The position numbers were made by a program, and so were the translations under genes. A stretch of DNA of 64,000 nucleotides, taken from the NCBI GenBank assembly GCA_946558465.1, contig CAMNTM010000010.1, positions 1,574 to 65,573 of the forward strand, written 5' to 3'. Positions 48,083 through 56,102 of the stretch are shown here, piece by piece (the first letter of the stretch is position 1; each line of letters begins with the position of its first letter). The notes beneath the pieces are model-generated. The model was not told the DNA's origin. It ran no database searches and saw only the letters and a list, made by a program, of their open reading frames with translations. This DNA comes from an uncultured Lachnospiraceae bacterium. GTDB taxonomy: Bacteria > Bacillota > Clostridia > Lachnospirales > Lachnospiraceae.

Positions 48083-49453
48083 TCATGGTGAATTTTCCGG
48101 ATTTCCTCCGTCACCGGTATTCTCTCCGGAGCCTGAATCACCGTCTCCAGGTTGATTCGGTTCTACCGGTTCTACCGGTTTTACTGGATCTACCGGTGTC
48201 GGATCTACCGGGTTAACTGGTTCCACTGGATTTATCGGATTCTGATTATTACCTCCACCGCTCTGATTTCCATTATTATCCCAATTGTTCTGATTATAAT
48301 TATAACCAGGAGCATCCTGAGGATCCTCTTCATATGTCTGGCTGTTCAATACCTCATCAGACTCAGCCTGTCTCTGTCCTACTCTGGATATGATTGCACT
48401 GCTGATACTTTGCACCTTTCCTGACGGAGAATAATTGGGGTCGCCAAATAAAAATTCATGCAGCTGCTTTACATTATCCGCTAAGTCCGCCGGAATGACA
48501 ATACTGCCTAAGCCGGAAATCGTATCGGTTGCTTTATCTATAGGAAACCCTGTATTTTCCCCCAACACGTAATCAGCAAAAAAGCTGGCATACGTAATAA
48601 TCTCTGTTGTCGTAAAATTCGTTGATATGGTGGGAAATACCTTATCTATAATGCTGTTAATTGTTCCCAAATCACTCTGTTTAACTTTTTCCACCATCTT
48701 TTCAATCACAAGACGCTGTCTCTCTGTTCTTGTAAAATCTCCGCCTACGGTGGAACGGATTCTGGCATATGTAGTTGCCTGGACCCCATCCATCAGCTGT
48801 ACTCCTGACTCACTTACATGGTGTGCCTCTTTACCCGCAACTGCACCTGTCTCGTCGATAAACTCATTCAGATACTGAACCTCTTCCGGCTTCAAATCAA
48901 TCTCAACTCCGCCCAGTAAATCAACAACCTCAGCTACGACAGAAAAATCTACTGTTACATATTTCTGAATATCTAAATCCAGATTCATATTCAACATATT
49001 AATAGCCTGAGTAGGTCCTCCGAAACTATATGCGGCATTACACTTTTGAAGTGTACCTTCCGACAGGTCGAGCAGCGTATCTCTGTACACAGATACCATT
49101 TTGATCTCTTTCGTCTCATTATTCAAGCTGGCAACAATGATACAATCCGTTCTTGTCCCCTGCTCCAGGTCCCCTTCTCTAGAATCCACGCCAAATAATG
49201 CAACATTCGTAAATCCCTCGCCCAAATCTCCCTTATTTTCCGCTACCTCTTCATTAATAATGATATCCTCCGCCGCGATCTCCTGGGTATCAATTTTTCC
49301 AAGCTTCGCCGCGATAACGACAACTACTCCTGCAAGAGAAGCACACAATATGCCTGCCGTACATACTCCAATCTTTTTTCCAAGACTCAGACGTGAAAAC
49401 CAATTTCCTTTTTTTCGGCTTCTTCTGCCTCTTCTACGCCTTTTTCCAGCCAT
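48083..49453 (-). CDS. LCP family ligase paralogue with a Pro/Val/Asn-rich C-terminal tail
   Basis: ALFGVDSRE, RTDCIIVASL and YARIRSTVGGDFTRTERQR. The tail is NPINPVEPVNPVDPTPVDPVKPVEPVEPNQPGDG, encoded by 12-nt DNA repeats at about 48155-48240. Confidence 0.9.
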   Translation of the reverse strand: MAGKRRRRGRRSRKKGNWFSRLSLGKKIGVCTAGILCASLAGVVVVIAAKLGKIDTQEIAAEDIIINEEVAENKGDLGEGFTNVALFGVDSREGDLEQGTRTDCIIVASLNNETKEIKMVSVYRDTLLDLSEGTLQKCNAAYSFGGPTQAINMLNMNLDLDIQKYVTVDFSVVAEVVDLLGGVEIDLKPEEVQYLNEFIDETGAVAGKEAHHVSESGVQLMDGVQATTYARIRSTVGGDFTRTERQRLVIEKMVEKVKQSDLGTINSIIDKVFPTISTNFTTTEIITYASFFADYVLGENTGFPIDKATDTISGLGSIVIPADLADNVKQLHEFLFGDPNYSPSGKVQSISSAIISRVGQRQAESDEVLNSQTYEEDPQDAPGYNYNQNNWDNNGNQSGGGNNQNPINPVEPVNPVDPTPVDPVKPVEPVEPNQPGDGDSGSGENTGDGGNPENSP

Positions 49454-49535
49454 AAAACACCTCTTCTTATCTTAGGTTTCCATTACGCTTCATAAAACTA
49501 ACTAATGATTATCATACACCATGCTGTCTACTTCA

Positions 49536-50540
49536 TCAAGTTCTATTTCTTACCCATTCTGCTCTTAAGTGCAGAATGTATGATATTCCGCCTATTCCAA
49601 ACATATTCCACAACTTGTACAAATATGTCTGATATCTTTTTTCAGAATATAATAAGATTTTTCGATAGCGCCTTAACTGCAGCCAGATCTCTTTTCGCCT
49701 GTTTTTATCTAATCTCCAGCTGTCGGCCAAAAGTGCCGCATAGATGCTATTATAATTCCCCATAAATTGTCTTCTCATTTCCTTTGACAGACAATATCTT
49801 CTACAGAATTCTTCTGCATATCTACATACATATAATTTATCCATATAGGTATTCTCATCTACAGAAGCTGTGATAGAACCTTCTCTGTTTTGTCTGTAAA
49901 CATAAAACGGCGTATCAAGATAAGCTGCTCTTTTTGCCTGAAATAACACTTCAGGAGTCCACATGGCATCCTCAAAACAGATACCCTCTTTAAAATATAT
50001 TGCATTCTCTATAATAAAATCTTTTCTTACAATATTCAAACAGGCATACCAGTCATATGTTTTTCCGGACAATAGCTCTCTGAACAGCTTTTCCTTTTCG
50101 ACCCTTTCTACATTCACTTTATCTAAATGATAACTACACTCTTCCTCAATACCGGTTGATGAAAAATAACTGATATACCGGCCAATCAATACATCTGCAC
50201 GCAGACTTGATTTTAATTCATTTATAATATTACAAACGGCATCCGAAGTCAGGAAATCATCTCCGTCTAAAAAAAGAATATATTCGCCCCCCGCCTTTTT
50301 AATGCCCAAATTACGCGTCGCAGATAACCCCTCATTTTCCTTATGGTATACTTTTATGTTATCATACCTTTGGGCATATTCATCACAAATATTTCCGCTT
50401 CCGTCCGTCGAACCGTCATCCAGAAGTAATATCTCCATCTCTTCTGAATTCTGAACAACTACTGAATCCAGACATTTTTTCAAATACAGTTCCAAATTAT
50501 ATACCGGAATGATGATACTTAGCTTCGGCAACTCACTCAC
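49536..50540 (-). CDS. glycosyltransferase family 2
   Basis: LSIIIPVYN, LLLDDGSTD and ILFLDGDD (DxD). The track start at 50540 is GTG, directly after the upstream stop. TTG 50531 follows GGAG at 8 nt and may be the real start. Confidence 0.88.
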   Translation of the reverse strand: MSELPKLSIIIPVYNLELYLKKCLDSVVVQNSEEMEILLLDDGSTDGSGNICDEYAQRYDNIKVYHKENEGLSATRNLGIKKAGGEYILFLDGDDFLTSDAVCNIINELKSSLRADVLIGRYISYFSSTGIEEECSYHLDKVNVERVEKEKLFRELLSGKTYDWYACLNIVRKDFIIENAIYFKEGICFEDAMWTPEVLFQAKRAAYLDTPFYVYRQNREGSITASVDENTYMDKLYVCRYAEEFCRRYCLSKEMRRQFMGNYNSIYAALLADSWRLDKNRRKEIWLQLRRYRKILLYSEKRYQTYLYKLWNMFGIGGISYILHLRAEWVRNRT

Positions 50541-50543
50541 TCC

Positions 50544-51602
50544 CTATTTCAATCGATCAAATACAGTCTTCGTTTTTGTCTGCATCATATAAATCACCTT
50601 ACTAAAACAAAGAAGAACTATCGGCATGTTGCATTTAAAAATCAGATTACATAATTTTTCCTGCCTGGAACTTCCCTTTGCATATTTTTGACATTCTCTT
50701 GAATGCTTTTCCCTCAGCAGACTTCTGGTTCTTCGATATTGTTCAAAAAAACTGTAATTTCCTTCCGGCGAGCAGTTTCTGACAATTCCTGAAACAGCAT
50801 GCTTAATATACATATTCGCAAGCTTTTCTCTTTCAGCCCCGCGATACATATCATTTTTCACCAAGAGTCTTTTTATATACCTGAATCTTTTGTCCATAAT
50901 ATTCAGAAATTCCGGCTGAAACTTTTGTGTAAGCGCCTCTTTAGAGGCTTTTATATAATGATAGCCTGTATGCTCAACAACACATAAGGAAGATATCTTA
51001 TCCCAATACAAGGTATTAAAAATAAAGTCTTCTATAAGCACCTGCTTTGAAAACCACAGCTCTTTTTTTATAATCAGCTCTCTTTTGTACAGCTTATTCC
51101 ACGTATAGGCAAACAGCTTCGCCGTATCGACATCTGCCGCTGTACGGATAATCTCTTTTTTAGCATCCCAGTATTCTTCCGGCATATTGACCGTTCTGCT
51201 GATATATACCTTCTCCCGGTTATCCTCCATTGAATCATGCTGATAGCCGGCTATAATCAAATCCGAATTCTTTCCTCCTGAGTACATGGACTCAAAATAA
51301 TCCCTTTCCACCCAGTCATCCGCGTCTACGAATCCAATATATTCTCCTCTGGCTATTCTCATCCCTGAATTTCTTGCCGCGCTCAGGCCTTCGTTCCTGT
51401 CTTTTTCTATTAAACGGATTCTGGCATCCTGCTGCCGGTAGCTGCGCAGTATCTCTCTTGTAGAATCTGTACTGCCGTCATCTACCGCGATAATCTCTAT
51501 CTGCTTTAATGTCTGTGACAGGATGCTTTCTATACAGTCCCTGATTACCTTTTCGGCATTGTACGCCGGAATTATAATACTAATATATATCTGCTCTTCC
51601 AT
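50544..51602 (-). CDS. glycosyltransferase family 2
   Basis: ISIIIPAYN, IIAVDDGSTD and IGFVDADD. Confidence 0.88.
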   Translation of the reverse strand: MEEQIYISIIIPAYNAEKVIRDCIESILSQTLKQIEIIAVDDGSTDSTREILRSYRQQDARIRLIEKDRNEGLSAARNSGMRIARGEYIGFVDADDWVERDYFESMYSGGKNSDLIIAGYQHDSMEDNREKVYISRTVNMPEEYWDAKKEIIRTAADVDTAKLFAYTWNKLYKRELIIKKELWFSKQVLIEDFIFNTLYWDKISSLCVVEHTGYHYIKASKEALTQKFQPEFLNIMDKRFRYIKRLLVKNDMYRGAEREKLANMYIKHAVSGIVRNCSPEGNYSFFEQYRRTRSLLREKHSRECQKYAKGSSRQEKLCNLIFKCNMPIVLLCFSKVIYMMQTKTKTVFDRLK

Positions 51603-51646
51603 GATACGACTGCCCTTCTTTTTGTTGCCGGCAGAAATCTACCGGT

Positions 51647-52858
51647 TTACGTCAACTCCTCAATCAAATCCACAATTGCATTGTAGGAATTCGGCCTGTC
51701 AAACTGCTTCTTTGCAATCTCTCTGGCCCGCTCTCCCATCTGCCGTCTCTTCTCTTCATCCTTGTACAACTCAATAATCGCGTCTGAGAGAATCTTCTTG
51801 TCTTCCGCCTCTATATTTATTCCGAATCCATCCTGATTCACCTTATTCTTAAATTCAAGACTGCTGCAGGTATTAATCATAGGCTTTCCTGCCGCAAGAT
51901 AATCACCGATTTTTGTCACAATACTCTGAGGCGCCTTTTTCACAAAGGAATTCACTAATATATCCGACTTCTTAAGATAGGCTGCCATTTTCTCATAAGG
52001 AACATAGCCGACAAACTCCACATTACCTTTCAGCTTCTTTGAAAGCTCTTCCAATTCTTCTTTTAACGGCCCGCCCCCCAGTATTTTTATGTGAATATCC
52101 GGATACCCGCCTTTTTTCAGGACATCTGCCGCCAGTATCATCGTTTTAATGTCATAGCTTGTCCCGATTGTGCCGGCATAGGTTACCCAAAACTCTCCCG
52201 GCTTTTTCTCTATCTCTGAGACATACTTCCTGACTCCCTGGTCAAATACCGCCAGCTCATTGCCTACATATACGGTTCTCTTTGGAATATCCCGTTTTTT
52301 CCGCTTGAACGGCCTGTCCCGGTATTCGTCGGAGGTTCCGATTACTCCGGTACACAGGCGGTAGACCTTTTCTGCGTCTCTTAACAGCGGACAGAATAAA
52401 ACATCACTGATTAGCGGAATATCCAGAACCATGTGCATCGCTTCCGGCCATAAATCATTCACATCCACAACAAACGGAATTCCATGCTCCTTTGCATAGC
52501 GTGCTGCTGCTAACGCCACGTCGTTCGGAGGAATCTCACAATATATCAAGTCATAGTGTCCATCTTCCGCCAGCATTTTCTTTAGATTCCGGGCAGCAAC
52601 ACTGTGGCTCCAGATTCTCCTGACCTCGATATTCTTTTTATATCCAGGCTCCGGAATAAATCTTAGATTGAAAGAATACTCGCTCTCCTTAACCTGGGCC
52701 ATATCCCTCTGCGCTTTAGCCCAATGCTGAAAAGAGGTTGTAATCAAATCCACCTTATAGCCCTTCTCAGTCAGGAATTCCGATAAAAAGCGGAATCTTG
52801 TGTATCCGTTTTCATTATTCAATTTCACACCCATTGTGATAATTGCGATTCGTTTCAT
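51647..52858 (-). CDS. glycosyltransferase family 4 (WbuB-like)
   Basis: GT-B architecture at about 400 aa. MKRIAIITMG... with a C-terminal nucleotide-sugar-binding half (VEFVGYVPYEKM...AGKPMINT). Confidence 0.85.
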   Translation of the reverse strand: MKRIAIITMGVKLNNENGYTRFRFLSEFLTEKGYKVDLITTSFQHWAKAQRDMAQVKESEYSFNLRFIPEPGYKKNIEVRRIWSHSVAARNLKKMLAEDGHYDLIYCEIPPNDVALAAARYAKEHGIPFVVDVNDLWPEAMHMVLDIPLISDVLFCPLLRDAEKVYRLCTGVIGTSDEYRDRPFKRKKRDIPKRTVYVGNELAVFDQGVRKYVSEIEKKPGEFWVTYAGTIGTSYDIKTMILAADVLKKGGYPDIHIKILGGGPLKEELEELSKKLKGNVEFVGYVPYEKMAAYLKKSDILVNSFVKKAPQSIVTKIGDYLAAGKPMINTCSSLEFKNKVNQDGFGINIEAEDKKILSDAIIELYKDEEKRRQMGERAREIAKKQFDRPNSYNAIVDLIEELT

Positions 52859-52987
52859 GATTTATGTCCTTTTTATTTCCTGTTAACATTTTTTCAGCCA
52901 TAGGCTTCTTACGCACTGCTTATAGTATAACAGCTTTTTTCATATACCTCAACTTAATAAATTATTAAGTTCAAGCCTCAGTTATTG

Positions 52988-53857
52988 TTATTTTCCATTC
53001 ACAAGCTCCATCAGATACTGTCCATAAGCAGTTTTCTGAATAGGAGAAGCCAATTTTTCCAACTGCTCTTTATCTATAAAATTCCTGTTATAAGCAATTT
53101 CCTCAATACATGAAATATATAGTCCCTGACGATTTTGATAGGAGGCCACAAAATCAGCCGCATCAATTAAGGCTTCTGGTGTTCCCGTATCGAGCCATGC
53201 GAAACCACGACCTAACAATTTTACTTTTAACTCTCTTTTTTCAAGATAGACATTATTTATGCTGGTAATTTCCAGTTCTCCCCTGGCAGAAGGCTTTACA
53301 GACTTCGCGATTTCTACCACATGATTATCATAAAAATATAACCCCGGCACAGCATAATTTGATTTTGGATGCTCTGGCTTTTCCTCAATTGATAGCACCT
53401 CATATTCATCTGAAAATTCCACAACTCCGTAATCCTCAGGATTTTTTACATAATACCCGAAGATAAGCGCTCCCTTATCCAAACACGCCGCACGTCTAAG
53501 AATTGTCGAAAAGCTTTGCCCGTAGAAAATATTATCTCCAAGTACAAGAGCCACATTATCACTGCCAATAAATTTTTCTCCTATAATGAACGCCTCCGCT
53601 AATCCTTTGGGCTTTTCCTGAACTTCATAGCTGATAGAAATTCCCAGTTGTGAACCATCTCCCAACAACTCCTGAAAAACAGGAACATCTCTTTTCGTAG
53701 ATATCAGCAAGATTTCCCGAATTCCCGCCAGCATCAATGTAGATAGCGGATAATAAATCATCGGCTTGTCATAAATCGGAAGTATTTGTTTTGACACTGC
53801 ATATGTCATGGGATATAGCCGCGTCCCCGAACCTCCTGCTAAAATAAGTCCCTTCAT
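52988..53857 (-). CDS. rfbA: glucose-1-phosphate thymidylyltransferase
   Basis: [26 protein letters not shown] and the [13 protein letters not shown] region. Confidence 0.96.
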   Translation of the reverse strand: MKGLILAGGSGTRLYPMTYAVSKQILPIYDKPMIYYPLSTLMLAGIREILLISTKRDVPVFQELLGDGSQLGISISYEVQEKPKGLAEAFIIGEKFIGSDNVALVLGDNIFYGQSFSTILRRAACLDKGALIFGYYVKNPEDYGVVEFSDEYEVLSIEEKPEHPKSNYAVPGLYFYDNHVVEIAKSVKPSARGELEITSINNVYLEKRELKVKLLGRGFAWLDTGTPEALIDAADFVASYQNRQGLYISCIEEIAYNRNFIDKEQLEKLASPIQKTAYGQYLMELVNGK

Positions 53858-53869
53858 CTATTCACCCCA

Positions 53870-54949
53870 TTATCTTATGTGATACATCTCTTTATAATAC
53901 TTCTGATATTCACCGCTAGTAACGTCTTCTACCCATTCCTGATGTTCAAGATACCACTGTACTGTTTTTTTTATTCCTTCCTCAAAACCAGTCTCCGGGT
54001 ACCAGCCTGTTTCGACTTTCATCTTATCTGGTGCGATTGCATATCTTCGGTCATGTCCCTTTCTATCTTCTACATAGGTAATCAAACTTTCACTGATATA
54101 TTTCTTTCTGCTGTCACTATCAGCCAGTAATTCGTTAAGTACCTGAAGAATTGTTTTTACAATCTGTATGTTTGTTCTTTCATTATGCCCGCCTATATTG
54201 TAAGCCTCATAAAGACGTCCTGTTTCCTGAACCATATCTATCGCTTTCACATGGTCCGTAACGTACAGCCAATCCCGTATATTCAGCCCATCTCCATATA
54301 TCGGAATTTTTTCTCCTTTTAACGCGTTATGAATTGTAAGAGGAATTAACTTTTCCGGAAATTGGTAAGGTCCATAATTATTACTGCAATTAGTTATATT
54401 GGCCGGAAACCGGAACGTATCGATATATGATTTCACCAGCAAATCCGATGAAGCCTTACTGGCAGAATAAGGACTGTGAGGGCTGTATGGTGTCGTCTCA
54501 TAGAAGAAACCTTCTTCTTCGAGAGAACCATAGACTTCATCTGTGGAAACATGGAGAAACTTTTTATCTTTCTTAAATGTCCCATCTGAATTCTCCCAAG
54601 CTGCCTTTGCTGCATTCAGCAGCACTGACGTGCCCAAAACATTTGTTCTGACAAAAATCTCTGGATCCTTTATACTTCTATCCACATGACTTTCTGCCGC
54701 AAAATGAACTACCCGGTCAATGTCATAATCGCAAAAAATCTGCTCTACTACACCTCTATCGCAGATGTCTCCTTTTATAAAAATATAATTTTCGCTTTGT
54801 GATATGGTTTCCAAATTTTTGAGATTCCCTGCATAGGTCAATTTATCAAAATTTATAACACGGATTTCTTCCGCATATTTAAGCATAATATACTGTATAT
54901 AATTGGAGCCGATAAAACCTGCTCCTCCTGTAACTAAATAAGTCCGCAT
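53870..54949 (-). CDS. rfbB: dTDP-glucose 4,6-dehydratase
   Basis: LVTGGAGFIGS, STDEVYG and YSASKASSD (YxxxK). The track start at 54982 is TTG and overlaps the upstream gene. ATG 54949 gives the canonical N-terminus MRTYLVTGGAGF. Confidence 0.95.
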   Translation of the reverse strand: MRTYLVTGGAGFIGSNYIQYIMLKYAEEIRVINFDKLTYAGNLKNLETISQSENYIFIKGDICDRGVVEQIFCDYDIDRVVHFAAESHVDRSIKDPEIFVRTNVLGTSVLLNAAKAAWENSDGTFKKDKKFLHVSTDEVYGSLEEEGFFYETTPYSPHSPYSASKASSDLLVKSYIDTFRFPANITNCSNNYGPYQFPEKLIPLTIHNALKGEKIPIYGDGLNIRDWLYVTDHVKAIDMVQETGRLYEAYNIGGHNERTNIQIVKTILQVLNELLADSDSRKKYISESLITYVEDRKGHDRRYAIAPDKMKVETGWYPETGFEEGIKKTVQWYLEHQEWVEDVTSGEYQKYYKEMYHIR

Positions 54950-54972
54950 TTGTTCTTTCATCCTTTTAATCT

Positions 54973-56100
54973 CTATTTCCAAAAGCTCCCGACTGCTTCC
55001 GCCACTTCTTCTACTTTTCTTTCACTTAATTCATAATACATTGGAAGGCGCAGAAGTCTTTCGCTCTCCTTTGTTGTGAACTTATCCTCTCCAAAAAACC
55101 TGCCATATTTTCTTCCAGCCGGGGCAGAATGAAGCGGAACATAATGGAATACTGCCGATATCCCCTTCTCCTTAAGATATTGTATCAGACTAGTTCTCTC
55201 CCCTAAGTCTTTTACTTTTAAATAAAACATATGCCCATTGGGAACACAGCCTTTGGGAACTGTCGGAAGTTCTACATATCCTTTCTCCTTCAAAGGCAGA
55301 AGCAGCTCATAATATAACCGATACAATTTCAGTCTCTTTTCATTAATTATATCTGCTTTTTCAAGCTGCGCATAAAGATATGCTGCATTTAATTCGCTGG
55401 GAAGATAAGAAGAGCCTTTTTCCACCCAGGAATACTTATCTACCATTCCCCGAAAAAATTGACTGCGGTTTGTTCCCTTTTCACGGATAATCTCGGCATT
55501 CGCCACATCCTTCTTGTTATGAATTAAAAGAGCCCCCCCCTCTCCCATACTGTAATTCTTTGTTTCATGGAAACTATAACAGCCAAAATCTCCAATTGTT
55601 CCAAGTGCTTTTCCTTTGTAACTAGACATTACTCCCTGTGCCGCATCCTCAATAACGAGCAGGCCATGCTTCTTTGCAATATCCATAATAAAGTCCATCT
55701 CACAGGCTACGCCTGCATAATGAACAACTACAATCGCTCTTGTCCTTTCAGTAATCGCTTCCTCTATTAATCTTTCATCTATATTCATAGTATCCGGCCG
55801 TATATCTACAAAAACCGGCACCGCACCACGAAGCACAAATGCATCTGCTGTAGACACAAACGTATAGGAGGGCATAATCACTTCCTCACCCGGATATATC
55901 TCACACAAGAGTGCCGCCATCTCTATAGCATGGGTACAGGAGGTCGTAAGAAGTGCTTTCGTTGTGTTCGTTCGATTTTCTATCCATTCATTACACTTCT
56001 TTGTAAACTCTCCATCTCCACAGATTTTTCTTTTTTTAATCGCAGTGCTGATATACTCTTCTTCTTTTCCCACATATGGAGGAACATTAAATGGAATCAT
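54973..56100 (-). CDS. dTDP-4-keto-6-deoxyhexose 4-aminotransferase (WecE/VioA-like, DegT/DnrJ/EryC1 family)
   Basis: The N-terminus MIPFNVPPYVGKEEEYISTAIKKRKICGDGEFTKKCNEW closely parallels my recollection of E. coli WecE. The PLP-lysine region is SFHETKNYSMGEGG. Confidence 0.9.
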   Translation of the reverse strand: MIPFNVPPYVGKEEEYISTAIKKRKICGDGEFTKKCNEWIENRTNTTKALLTTSCTHAIEMAALLCEIYPGEEVIMPSYTFVSTADAFVLRGAVPVFVDIRPDTMNIDERLIEEAITERTRAIVVVHYAGVACEMDFIMDIAKKHGLLVIEDAAQGVMSSYKGKALGTIGDFGCYSFHETKNYSMGEGGALLIHNKKDVANAEIIREKGTNRSQFFRGMVDKYSWVEKGSSYLPSELNAAYLYAQLEKADIINEKRLKLYRLYYELLLPLKEKGYVELPTVPKGCVPNGHMFYLKVKDLGERTSLIQYLKEKGISAVFHYVPLHSAPAGRKYGRFFGEDKFTTKESERLLRLPMYYELSERKVEEVAEAVGSFWK

Positions 56101-56102
56101 AA

